Numbered from the stretch's first letter, positions 44,001 to 52,624 are shown. The stretch is 61,994 nt of DNA from a virus (IMGVR_UViG_3300016476_000949:1-61994), one strand, 5' to 3'. Numbers and translations are program-made. Notes: a model not told the origin generated them from the sequence alone.

Positions 44001-44892
44001 GCTGCCCATGCGGTTCGAACCCGGGCGCGCCAAGGCGACCATGCTCGGGATCTCCGACCCGCGCGAGGAGGAGGGAGAGCTGCTGTTCCCGGCCCGCTTC
44101 CCCGAGGACGTTGTCGACCGTGACGAGCGCGTCATGGGGCCGTATGCGACAGCCGGCCAGCACCAGCAAAACCCTGAGCCGCGTGGCGGCGGCATCATCA
44201 AGCGCGCATGGTGGAAGCGCTGGGATCGCCCGGCCTACCCGCCGTTCAGCTATGTGGTGGCGGCGCTCGATACTGCCTACACGGAGAAGGAAGAGAACGA
44301 CCCGAGCGCCATGACCGTCTGGGGGATCTTCTCCGGCGGCGACCAGACGGCGCAAATTACGAGATCCGTAAACCGTCACGACGAGGCCATGCAGATGGCC
44401 GAGCGCGCCTACACGGCGGAGCACCCAAAAGCCATGCTGATCTACGCATGGACGGAGCGTCTGGAGCTGCACGACCTCGTCGAGAAGGTTCGCGAGACGG
44501 TTGGGGATTACGGCGTCGATCATTTGCTGATCGAAGACCGCGCCGCCGGCCACAGCGTCGCGCAGGAGCTGCGCCGCATCTACGGATATGATGACTTTGG
44601 CGTTCAGCTGGTCAACCCGGGCAAGGCCGACAAGGTCGCGCGGCTCTACTCGGTTCAGCACTTGTTCGCCGACGGTCTGGTCTACGCGCCGGAGCGAACG
44701 TGGGCGGAGGCTGTCATCAACCAGGTCGCGCAATTCCCGAAGGGGAAACACGATGATTTGACGGACACCCTCAGCATGGCGATGAAGTATCTGCGCGAGT
44801 CGGGCCTCATTGTCCGCTCTTCCGAGCACTCCTCAGCGCTCGACTCCAGCCGCATGCTGGAGGACAAATCCGGACCCCTTTACCCTGTTTAG
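41038..44892 (+). CDS. terL: terminase large subunit interrupted by two inteins (about 544 aa after splicing)
   Basis: LLINVPPG|TMKS Walker A split by intein 1; TGSRGDVVIIDDPH Walker B; MQRLHEED; nuclease LDTA...FPKGKHDDLTD. Confidence 0.95.
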   Translation: MTKHVQIDGKLIDVERTLFEIERADAEGSLVEFVRQAWHIIEPGQPYIHGWHIDFICAHLEAITDGVELEGGEPYNRLLINVPPGPGWVENLVTTARGRVRLGDLMVGDMVLTHRGRYRPVTACYPKGVLPTLRITTKGGRETIATPDHNFLTPGGWVEAGRLRVGDTLAFVTPVEDPCVGTVSPEEARLLGYLVGDGSMTQATVGFTNQDEDVIADFESCAAFLGFKTTKTLRNTHWQVRLNGGASVRDWLASYGLCGASSYTKFIPQAVISSSSVVIKNFIGAYWSCDGMFDVRSTQARGSRYRASATTVSERLARDLQHALSRIGIRSLLRKKSRVLDTAAQPGGVYQWFNVEVYSEADTARFIDMPGLSARKNKIASACSQRRFDAVLNEDPIVSIEPAGDRECMCVSVEEDHSLVWDDIVVHNTMKSLLSNVFWPAWWWGPRNEPYKRFLCASHSQSLAIRDSTKMRRLIASQWYQERWGDRVTLTRDQNAKCLLRGTQITMADGSLRSIQDVRPGEYVLSYDLSTNSIVADKVMHVWSNGEKPARRITLSDGTSITATLNHRLFGWEKFVFTPDMKVGDPLAVMERSPNQAGDLSVDDAFLLALWLAEGSKTNSSFMFSNGDPLILARVRKIALKRGWSVRNVAGYDYLLTSGAQTGDTPMGVLKRYLGTDRSYGSRTKLAKTTADEIRIPPAVFSASDASVREFVSTYIATDGCVTNGQNHALDIVTVSERMARDFAALLKRFGVSASIYSQKMTFTYKGERKTGRTAWRTIVRSGGEIAKLADLHLYGKDEKFRGLLAWCQTKKRHEGARSACIPPHDLCPTRWSSKRTAVERAELAGDHSLAARLTGGLSWRKIVAIEEVELCETWHMETERTHLFFAEGVLSHNTKFETTATGFREAVAAGSITGSRGDVVIIDDPHSVEGAASDAMRQSTLEWFTEAVPTRLNNPRRSAIVVIMQRLHEEDVSGVIINRKLGYDHIMLPMRFEPGRAKATMLGISDPREEEGELLFPARFPEDVVDRDERVMGPYATAGQHQQNPEPRGGGIIKRAWWKRWDRPAYPPFSYVVAALDTAYTEKEENDPSAMTVWGIFSGGDQTAQITRSVNRHDEAMQMAERAYTAEHPKAMLIYAWTERLELHDLVEKVRETVGDYGVDHLLIEDRAAGHSVAQELRRIYGYDDFGVQLVNPGKADKVARLYSVQHLFADGLVYAPERTWAEAVINQVAQFPKGKHDDLTDTLSMAMKYLRESGLIVRSSEHSSALDSSRMLEDKSGPLYPV
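41293..42321 (+). mobile_element. intein 1 (343 aa, Pro1, LAGLIDADG endonuclease)
   Basis: PGWVENLVTTARG block A-like, ATPDH block B, LLGYLVGDGS and GAYWSCDG, VVHN|T C-terminal junction. Confidence 0.9.
42529..43719 (+). mobile_element. intein 2 (397 aa, Cys1, LAGLIDADG endonuclease)
   Basis: CLLRGTQITMADG, ATLNH, LLALWLAEGS and STYIATDG, LSHN|T; removal restores DQNAK|TKFE. Confidence 0.92.
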
Positions 44893-44901
44893 GAAGGCAA
44901 A

Positions 44902-45111
44902 ATGGTTCTCTGCAAGGCGTATGTCGAAATCATCAAGCCCCCGACGCCTCACCGCCCCGGCGACTTCGAGGTCGTCGTCATGGGCGAGGAGCCGCACGAT
45001 TATGTGCGGACCTACCGAATTAAGGCCAAGAATGATAGTATGGCCGCACGCGAGGGCATCGACCGCTTTGTTGCGGAGATATCCGATTTGGTGGCGGGGG
45101 CTGACAAGTGA
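44902..45111 (+). CDS. conserved small phage protein
   Basis: RBS and coupling; YRIKAKNDSMAAREGIDRFV. Confidence 0.6.
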   Translation: MVLCKAYVEIIKPPTPHRPGDFEVVVMGEEPHDYVRTYRIKAKNDSMAAREGIDRFVAEISDLVAGADK

Positions 45112-45317
45112 ATTTCTCGCAGGCGCTTGAACGCATCAAGTGGGGCCAGCCAATGAGCCGGGCGGCATGGTCCGACCCGTCCATCTATGTTTATCGCCCT
45201 AATCCGCCAAATGAAAACACCATGATGCTTCGTGTCCATTCGAGCGAAAGCGTCTGGTCCCCCTCGTCCGTCGACGTCATGGCGGACGACTGGTTCGACG
45301 TTCCAAGGACAAACTGA
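45108..45317 (+). CDS. DUF2829 / Tad2-like protein
   Basis: MNFSQALERIKWG...RAAW...WSPSSVDVMADDW signature. Confidence 0.7.
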   Translation: MNFSQALERIKWGQPMSRAAWSDPSIYVYRPNPPNENTMMLRVHSSESVWSPSSVDVMADDWFDVPRTN

Positions 45318-45318
45318 C

Positions 45319-47760
45319 ATGGCAATGACCCCGGGCTTGGGAGCCGCCCTTCGCCTCGACCAGTTCGCACCGCAGGGTGATCCGCAAGAAGGACCGGGGG
45401 TCGACGTTCAGATCCCGGACGACCCGAAAGCGCTCGCCGGCCCGGATTCGGTTGTCATCGAAGACGATGGTTCTGTTTCTGTTTCTCTTGACGGTCGCCC
45501 GGTCTATTCGTCAGGGCCAGACGATGGCGACGAGTCGAAAGAGTGGTTTCGCAACCTCGTCGACGACATCGGCTCCAGCGAGTTGGTGCAGATCTCCGAG
45601 GACCTGCTGCGCGGCGTCGCCGACGATATCGAGAGCCGCAATGACTGGATCGAGGATCGGGCGCAGGGCCTGAAGCTTCTTGGCCTGAAGGTCGAGATCC
45701 CCGGCTTGCAGGGCGCGACCGACGGCGCTCCTGTCGAGGGCATGAGCCGCGTCCGCCACCCGCTGCTGCTGGAGGCGGTCCTTCGCTTTCAGGCAAATGC
45801 CCGCAGCGAGCTGCTGCCGACCGACGGCCCGGTGAAGGTGGAGAACAATAGCTTCTCGGCGCCCGTCGAGCAGGACCGCCTCGCCGAGTCGCTGGAGCGC
45901 GACCTCAATTATTACCTGACGGTGATCGACAAGGGTTACTACCCCGACACCGACAAGATGCTCTTCATGCTTGGGTTCGGCGGGACGACCTTCAAGAAGG
46001 TCTATTTCTGCCCCCTGCGCGGCAGGCCCGTCTCCGACACGGTCGACGCAGAGGACCTGATCGTCAACAACGCCGCCTCGACGCTCGCCGACGCCAAGCG
46101 GATCACGCATCGCGTCTTCATGCGTTCGTCGACCGTGCGCCGACTTCAGATCTTGGGCGTCTATCGCGACATCGACCTGTCGACGCCGACTTACGAGTCG
46201 CCGGACGCCGCCCAGCAGGAAAAGGCCGCCATTCAGGGCGTGACCATCGAGGCGCGCAATCCTGAGGACCGCGACCGCGAGGTCTATGAGGTTTACTGCG
46301 AGCTCGACATCCCGGGCTTCGAGCATAAGCACAAAGGAAAGGTGACCGGTCTTGAGATACCGTATCGCGTCACCATTGACGTCACTTCAAGGGAAATACT
46401 TTCGATTGTTCGTAATTATGACGAACCTCAGGAGGACTCCAATGCACTTCCGGAGCCGCGACAGGTATTTGTCAAATATTCCTTTGTTCCCGGTTTGGGT
46501 TTTTACGATATCGGTCTACTGCATATTCTGGGTAATACCACGTCTGCTGTTACGGCTGCTTGGCGAGAAATGCTAGACGCCGGCATGTATGCCAATTTCC
46601 CCGGCTTCCTGATGGCGGATATTGGCGCACGGCAGAATACCAACATCTTCCGCGTCCCGCCGGGCGGTGGGGCGCTCGTCAAGACCAACGGCATGCCGAT
46701 CAATCAGGCCGTCATGCCGCTCCCTTACAAGGAGCCCGGTCAGGCGCTGATGAACCTTGTCGCCAACATGGTCGAGACGGGCCAGCGCGTCGGAGGCACG
46801 GCGGAGCTGCAAGTCGGCGAGGGGCGGCAGGATGCGCCGGTCGGCACGACGCTCGCCCTCATCGATCAGGCGACGAAAATCCTCAATAGCGTTCACAAGC
46901 GCCTCCACGCCTCTCAGGCGGAAGAATTCCAGCTCCTGAAGAGGTGCTTCAAGGAAAACCCGGAATCCTTCTGGGGGAAGAACAAGCGGCCTGCCGAACA
47001 ATGGAATGAGCAAATCTTCCGGCAGGCCCTCGAAAACTGCGACCTCGTCCCGCAGGCCGACCCGAACACGTCGAGCCACACGCAGCGCGTCATGAAGGTC
47101 ATGGCGCTCAAGCAGCTACAGGCCGCCAATCCGGGCATGTATAACGCCATCGCCGTCGACACCGCCGCCTTGCAGGCGCTGGGCTGGAACAACCCTGAGC
47201 AGTTCCTCGCCCAACCGGATCCGAACGCACCGCCGCCGCCGGAAGTCGCCCTGAAGCAGCAAGAGCTCCAGATCAAGGCGCAGGAGACGCAGGCGAAGGT
47301 GATGAAGGCGCAGGCCGACGTCGCCAAGATCCAGAGCGAGATCGCCAACGCCGGTCAGGAGGGCGCGCCGCAGCTCGACCCCAACAAGCTCGCCGACCTG
47401 CAGCTGAAGGAGGCCGAGATGCGCCAGCGCATGCTCGACGCGCAGCTGCAGCAGGCGAAGATCGAGGCCGACATGCGTCGCGCCGAGATGACGCTGCATC
47501 AGGCCGACGTCGAGGCGCGCATGCAGGCGCAGCAGATCGCGGCCGACCATCAGGCGGCGCTCTTCAAGAACGAAGACGACCGCCTCGAAGCCATGAACCG
47601 CCAGCGCGACCGCGAGAGCAAGGAGCGGCTTGCTGCTGTGAAGCTGGCCGCAGACATCCTGAAATATCCGGGCGGCAAACAGACGGTCGCGAGCATCGTC
47701 GACAAGGAAACGCTGAAGCGCCTCAGGGATAATGAGCCGCCAATTGAAGGTGAGGTCTGA
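45319..47760 (+). CDS. portal protein with long C-terminal coiled coil (barrel)
   Basis: HPLLLEAVLRFQA, GTTFKKVY, PGLGFYDIGL, PVGTTLAL; Gln/Ala-rich C-terminus; follows terL. Confidence 0.85.
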   Translation: MAMTPGLGAALRLDQFAPQGDPQEGPGVDVQIPDDPKALAGPDSVVIEDDGSVSVSLDGRPVYSSGPDDGDESKEWFRNLVDDIGSSELVQISEDLLRGVADDIESRNDWIEDRAQGLKLLGLKVEIPGLQGATDGAPVEGMSRVRHPLLLEAVLRFQANARSELLPTDGPVKVENNSFSAPVEQDRLAESLERDLNYYLTVIDKGYYPDTDKMLFMLGFGGTTFKKVYFCPLRGRPVSDTVDAEDLIVNNAASTLADAKRITHRVFMRSSTVRRLQILGVYRDIDLSTPTYESPDAAQQEKAAIQGVTIEARNPEDRDREVYEVYCELDIPGFEHKHKGKVTGLEIPYRVTIDVTSREILSIVRNYDEPQEDSNALPEPRQVFVKYSFVPGLGFYDIGLLHILGNTTSAVTAAWREMLDAGMYANFPGFLMADIGARQNTNIFRVPPGGGALVKTNGMPINQAVMPLPYKEPGQALMNLVANMVETGQRVGGTAELQVGEGRQDAPVGTTLALIDQATKILNSVHKRLHASQAEEFQLLKRCFKENPESFWGKNKRPAEQWNEQIFRQALENCDLVPQADPNTSSHTQRVMKVMALKQLQAANPGMYNAIAVDTAALQALGWNNPEQFLAQPDPNAPPPPEVALKQQELQIKAQETQAKVMKAQADVAKIQSEIANAGQEGAPQLDPNKLADLQLKEAEMRQRMLDAQLQQAKIEADMRRAEMTLHQADVEARMQAQQIAADHQAALFKNEDDRLEAMNRQRDRESKERLAAVKLAADILKYPGGKQTVASIVDKETLKRLRDNEPPIEGEV

Positions 47761-47762
47761 TC

Positions 47763-50700
47763 ATGGCTGGAAAGAAAGCGCTCGTCGACCTCGCCAAGAG
47801 CATTATGGCGGGCGAGGAGCCCGGCAAGACCGTCTCGGCCTACAAGCTCTTTCGCCAGAAAAACGACCAGCTTTATCCGCTTTTCGTCAACGCCAATACG
47901 CCTGTTCCGATGGGCCAATGGCTCGACGCCGAGAGCGGCCCTCTCATCGGCGGCAAGGTGAAGTCGAGCCTCGGCCCTCTCGCCTATCGCCCGGGATGGC
48001 ACGCGGGCGACCTGCCCATCGCCACCCACATCGGCGGCAAGTCGGCGCCGGGTCTGAAGGCTCCCGACTATCGCCCTGACAATCAGGTCTGGGCCGAGAT
48101 TTCCATGCCAGACGACGTCGACTGGCAGACGGAGGCGCTGCGTCGCGCGCAGCTTAACAAACGCGGCGAGATCATCCCCCGCACGGCGCACATCACCGAC
48201 CAGATACCGGTCGGCGGCCATTACCGCTACAAGACCAACCCCAACATGACCGGCGACTGGTTGATTGGCGGCTCGATGAAGGTCAATCGCATTCTCCCAG
48301 ATGAGGAGGTGAGGGACATTAACGAAGGAAGCGGCGTCTCCGACTTGCCGCGTCTTTATGAGCTGATGCGCTCCCGCGAGGGGCGCGCGCGTGGCGGCTC
48401 CCTCATCCAAGACCGATTCCCGACGCATTACCTTCCGGGTGTTGGCCGCCAAGTCATGGCGGACGGGGGGGCCGCACCCTCTATGGACAATCTGATGTCG
48501 GCGGTAAATTCGGTATTTACCCGTAGGCCGGCGCAATTCAGCGCGGCCGACATGATCGGGACGCCGACGTCCCCGTTCGTTTCTGGCCCGGGCGCCTACA
48601 CCGATGCCGGTGGTCAGGAGATCGCCGCGCCGTTCGTCACCGGCCTGAAGAACGGCTATCCGGTCCCGCCCGGATTCATGACGCCGCAGCCCAACTCATC
48701 GACCGGCCGTCGTTCGCGCGGCTATCAGTGGTCTAAGGGCTACGAGAAGGGCGGCGTCGCCAAGGTCATACGCGCCGCCAAAGATGTTCTGGCCGGCTAC
48801 TCCGATCCGCCGTCAAGATACATTGACGACTGGAAATGGCGGCCGCTTTCTGATGTTCGCGCCGACATCAAGGCGACGTCGGCCCCGCCGCATGTTCGAA
48901 ATTTCGGAAACGGGAACGAAAAGACGACGCATCAGGACATCATCGACGCCATGCGGCCGCGCGCAGCCGGCGGTCGCGCCGGGTTCGCCGATGGCGGCTG
49001 GAAGCATCAGTTCGCCGACGTCGTCGGCGCGGCGCTGGACGCCGCCAAGAATGTAGGCAAGGGCGAGCGCATCAACGTCTACCACAACTTGGACGCCGAC
49101 AAGATCGGCAAGCTCGTCGACCGGTTTAACGCCATCCCGGCGCCGAGCCTTGCCCTCTCCAAGTTTTCGGGAAGCCCTGTCGACTTTGGCAATTCGACGC
49201 TTGTCGGCCGGCCGCATCTCGCCATCCCGTCGGAAGACAATCACGTCTTTGGCGCAGACGCTTACACCGCCCGCATGCCGCGCATTTTCGGCGCGAATGA
49301 ATTTATCGGATCCGACTTCCCGAAACATGACTTCATCTTCAGGTCGCCTGACGACAACACGAAAGTCCCGGCCTCAATCGAAAACGTGCTCGCGCACATG
49401 CGCTCTCGGCCGGTTCTGGGCGGAGAGGGGATCGCGGTTGGCCCGGGTCTTCTGAAGGCCTTCATGACGCCGCAGCCTAAAACGCTGCGAGACATCCAGC
49501 GCAATCGTTGGAATTTTGCCGACGACGTGGATTCGGAAGACGAGGCTTGGGGCAACGTCAATAGCCGCATCCTTTCGCATGCTCACCTGATGAAGAAGTA
49601 TGCTCGCGAAAAAGACCCGTCTCCGACGGGGCAGCTGACGCGCGCCATGATCGACTATCACAGGGAAGGCGTTCCGGGGTTTGAGCGGACATATACGGAA
49701 TACCCCAGAGAAAACATGAGCGTTGTCAACAGCATCATGGACGACATCAAGGGGCTGAAGCCGTCCTACATGGAGGCCAAGCCGATGCGCCCGGTCGGCT
49801 TCGACGAATTTGCCGGGGCCATCCTCCCCAACGAGGACGTTGGATACAGCGCGTATAAAGCTCTGAAGAGCGCCGGCGTCCCGGAGGAGGGGCTGTATTT
49901 TTACCGCACGCCACAGGAGCGCAAATCCATCATGAAGGAAATCTTCGCGCCTCAGTTTGGTTTTGCCGGCGGAGGGTCTGTCGAGCGCGCCATGGACATC
50001 GTGCGAAACGCCGAGATCGAGCCGCGTGAAATGGAGCCAACGCAGGGAGAGATGGACCGCATCAGGGACATGATGCAGCAGTCGCATCTGAGCGGAGGCC
50101 CGGGCGTCGTCGAGATGCGCGACGCCTCCTACCCGCTTCCGGGAGGCCGCAGCATCCCGCTCGGGCGCTATCCAAAGTCGGCGGTAGATGCGGTTGAGAC
50201 CGTGTCGCCACTCATCGCCAGCGCCGCTCAGATTGCCGCAAACATGCATCCTGCTACGCGCGGAGCGTCGCGCCTCCTCGACCTCGCGCTGCGGGCGAAG
50301 TTCGCTAATGACGTTCGCACCACGGGCCACGGCGATGCGTCGGATTTCTTCTCGATGCTGCCCGGCGCCAAGGCCGACATGATGGGATACGCGGCGGCTT
50401 TCGCCAACGACCCGCATGAGCCGGTGCGCGACGTCTTCCATAGAATGCGCTCCGGCTATGACGCCGGCGGCAGCGCCAAGGCGCGCGCGGCAAAGGAGAT
50501 CGCCAAGTTCATTTCTCTGGACGAGGCTCGCCGTCGCGTCTCCAGCCCGTTCAGCGACGACCCGGATTCGGTCGCAAGGGCGCTTCAATACGTGAACACG
50601 CTAAAGGTCCCGCAGGGCAATGTCATGACCCCGGGCTCGTTCTACAACATCAAGCAGACGCGCCCGGTCTCGGATGTTACGTCGACTGTAAGCAGCATCC

Positions 50701-51740
50701 CCGGCGTTAATCCGCTCACGCCGCGCGACATGACGTGGGAGGACTTCGTCCGCGAGGCCAAGGGCGGCACGCTCTTCAATGTCGCCGGAGACCGTTCTGA
50801 TCTCGGCCGCCTGACGCACATCAACGGGCGCGAGCTGGCGTGGCCGGTCGACCTGCATGCTGGACCAAAATACATGCTGGAGCCCAACCCGGGCGCGATC
50901 TGGGCGAATAATGAGGGGCACGCGACAGGGTTCTGGAATGCGATCAGGGAGGCGGCAAAGCGCGGACCTGTGTTTGGCGTCTATCACCCGATGGGCGTTC
51001 AGTCTGTCGACTCCTCGCACAACATGCTCGACACTCTCTTGTCTCAGATCGCGCTCGGCGAAGCCTACAAGAAGGACATGCGCAACGCTGACAAGATCCT
51101 TCGCGCCGGCGCGCACGCGGCTCCGGCGGACATGGAGCTGGCGCGCGAGGCAATGAAGGGCTGGCCCGGGTTCGAGAATGCGCGCGAGGCGAGCGAATTT
51201 GCGCGCGGTCTTGAGGGCACGCGCCGCTCGGAGATCGTCAAGTTCCTCGACAAGGCCCCGCGCCTTCGCGAGGGCTTCCCCGCCGTCGGCGAGACGCGTG
51301 TCGCAATTACGGACCCGGCGCTTCGCTCCGCCCCCGGCAACATGCTCGGTCATCGCATCGTGCAGTTCGATCCCGACAATCTGACGCCGGAGGCGCTCGC
51401 CTTCAGGCACTCGACCCATCCGAGCCCGACGGGCGGCCGCTATGTCGGCGACGTCCCGTTTGTCCAGTCGCAGTATGTTATGCCTGACGTAGAGCGTAAC
51501 ATCATGACCAATCTCGCCAAGGGTAACCGTGTCGTTCATCCGTTTTCCGACGACAGCCTCGGCCGCAGCTCATGGCGCAAGAGCATGGAAACCCGCAAGC
51601 TCGGTCAGGAAATCAACGACCAAATGCTCGATAGCGTCATGACCGGCATGCAGCGCCATACGGATTACGGATTCCGTAAGGGCGGCCCTGTCGTCAAGCT
51701 TGCGCGTGATGTATTATCCCGCAAGCGGGACGCCGCTTGA
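47763..51740 (+). CDS. large polyvalent (multi-module) protein, probably virion cargo
   Basis: 1325 aa next to the portal; several globular blocks (AYKLF..LYPLFV..RPGWH; YHNL..PSLA..YMEAKP; GDRS..GPKY) separated by eight xxxGG motifs. Confidence 0.7.
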   Translation: MAGKKALVDLAKSIMAGEEPGKTVSAYKLFRQKNDQLYPLFVNANTPVPMGQWLDAESGPLIGGKVKSSLGPLAYRPGWHAGDLPIATHIGGKSAPGLKAPDYRPDNQVWAEISMPDDVDWQTEALRRAQLNKRGEIIPRTAHITDQIPVGGHYRYKTNPNMTGDWLIGGSMKVNRILPDEEVRDINEGSGVSDLPRLYELMRSREGRARGGSLIQDRFPTHYLPGVGRQVMADGGAAPSMDNLMSAVNSVFTRRPAQFSAADMIGTPTSPFVSGPGAYTDAGGQEIAAPFVTGLKNGYPVPPGFMTPQPNSSTGRRSRGYQWSKGYEKGGVAKVIRAAKDVLAGYSDPPSRYIDDWKWRPLSDVRADIKATSAPPHVRNFGNGNEKTTHQDIIDAMRPRAAGGRAGFADGGWKHQFADVVGAALDAAKNVGKGERINVYHNLDADKIGKLVDRFNAIPAPSLALSKFSGSPVDFGNSTLVGRPHLAIPSEDNHVFGADAYTARMPRIFGANEFIGSDFPKHDFIFRSPDDNTKVPASIENVLAHMRSRPVLGGEGIAVGPGLLKAFMTPQPKTLRDIQRNRWNFADDVDSEDEAWGNVNSRILSHAHLMKKYAREKDPSPTGQLTRAMIDYHREGVPGFERTYTEYPRENMSVVNSIMDDIKGLKPSYMEAKPMRPVGFDEFAGAILPNEDVGYSAYKALKSAGVPEEGLYFYRTPQERKSIMKEIFAPQFGFAGGGSVERAMDIVRNAEIEPREMEPTQGEMDRIRDMMQQSHLSGGPGVVEMRDASYPLPGGRSIPLGRYPKSAVDAVETVSPLIASAAQIAANMHPATRGASRLLDLALRAKFANDVRTTGHGDASDFFSMLPGAKADMMGYAAAFANDPHEPVRDVFHRMRSGYDAGGSAKARAAKEIAKFISLDEARRRVSSPFSDDPDSVARALQYVNTLKVPQGNVMTPGSFYNIKQTRPVSDVTSTVSSIPGVNPLTPRDMTWEDFVREAKGGTLFNVAGDRSDLGRLTHINGRELAWPVDLHAGPKYMLEPNPGAIWANNEGHATGFWNAIREAAKRGPVFGVYHPMGVQSVDSSHNMLDTLLSQIALGEAYKKDMRNADKILRAGAHAAPADMELAREAMKGWPGFENAREASEFARGLEGTRRSEIVKFLDKAPRLREGFPAVGETRVAITDPALRSAPGNMLGHRIVQFDPDNLTPEALAFRHSTHPSPTGGRYVGDVPFVQSQYVMPDVERNIMTNLAKGNRVVHPFSDDSLGRSSWRKSMETRKLGQEINDQMLDSVMTGMQRHTDYGFRKGGPVVKLARDVLSRKRDAA

Positions 51741-51763
51741 TCCTCTAGCTAGGGAACGGACGA

Positions 51764-52300
51764 ATGTATCAGATGGCGAAGAGCGCGCGCGAAGCGCTCA
51801 AAGGCAAGGCCAAGCGCCTTGCCAGTGAGAAGGTCGGAAAGGTCGACGCAACCAGCGTCTCTCGCCCGGAAGCATTCGAGGCCGACAAAAAGACCGGCCT
51901 TCAGCCAACGACCCGCCGGGCCTACAAGAAGGGCGGCGCGGTCAAGGAAAACCGCAAGGGCAAGGATCAGGATCACGACGCCGCCGAGCGTCCGGGACGC
52001 AAGAATGGCGGCGTGACCGTCATCAACATCGGCAAGGGTGCGAGCGACGCGCCGATGGCCGCTCCCCGCCCCGTCCCTGTCCCGATGCCGCAGGTTTCCT
52101 CCCCGCCGCCCATGCAGTCGCAGATGCCGGCCGTGCCGCCGCCCCCGCCGCCGGCTCCGGGCGCGCAGAAATCTCCTCTGGCGCTGAAGACCGGCGGCCG
52201 CGCCACCAAGGTGGCTAAGAGCTACAAGGACATGCGCGCCGGCGCCGGGAGCGGCGAAGGACGTCTTCAGAAGACGGACATCGCCAAGAAGCGCGCATAA
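51764..52300 (+). CDS. basic, Pro-rich protein with three xKxGG motifs
   Basis: YKKGG, RKNGG, LKTGG; AGAGSGEGRLQK C-terminus. Confidence 0.65.
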   Translation: MYQMAKSAREALKGKAKRLASEKVGKVDATSVSRPEAFEADKKTGLQPTTRRAYKKGGAVKENRKGKDQDHDAAERPGRKNGGVTVINIGKGASDAPMAAPRPVPVPMPQVSSPPPMQSQMPAVPPPPPPAPGAQKSPLALKTGGRATKVAKSYKDMRAGAGSGEGRLQKTDIAKKRA

Positions 52301-52334
52301 AGAATTCGCGCCGAGACATGGCGGCGCGATGATC

Positions 52335-52401
52335 GCCGGGCGGGCCACCCCTTCTTCGCCCGCCCGGCAGGACTACTGAAGAAGAAGGGAAGGAGAAGGG
52401 G
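52335..52401 (+). promoter_or_regulatory. predicted H-type pseudoknot at an RBS
   Basis: 11-bp stem 52335-45/52358-68; loop CCCTTCTTC is complementary to GAAGAAGGG 52381-89. Confidence 0.55.
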
Positions 52402-52402
52402 A

Positions 52403-52624
52403 TTGTCGATATTGACGACGGCGGATCGTTTCCGCCGCGAGCTGGAGGCGCTTCTGAATGAGCGCATCCAAGCTTACATGACCCAAGCAGCCGCCGGCAT
52501 TCCGTTGGATTACAGCGAATATTCTCGCTTGGTCGGGAGGATTGCCGGCCTGCGCGAGGCTCTCGATGAGATCGGAGAGGCCGCGCACAGACTTTATTAC
52601 GAAGAAGGAGAAGGGCGAAAATGA
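52403..52624 (+). CDS. conserved small head-module protein
   Basis: DYSEYSRLVGRIAGL motif; precedes the GroES-like gene. Confidence 0.65.
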   Translation: MSILTTADRFRRELEALLNERIQAYMTQAAAGIPLDYSEYSRLVGRIAGLREALDEIGEAAHRLYYEEGEGRK

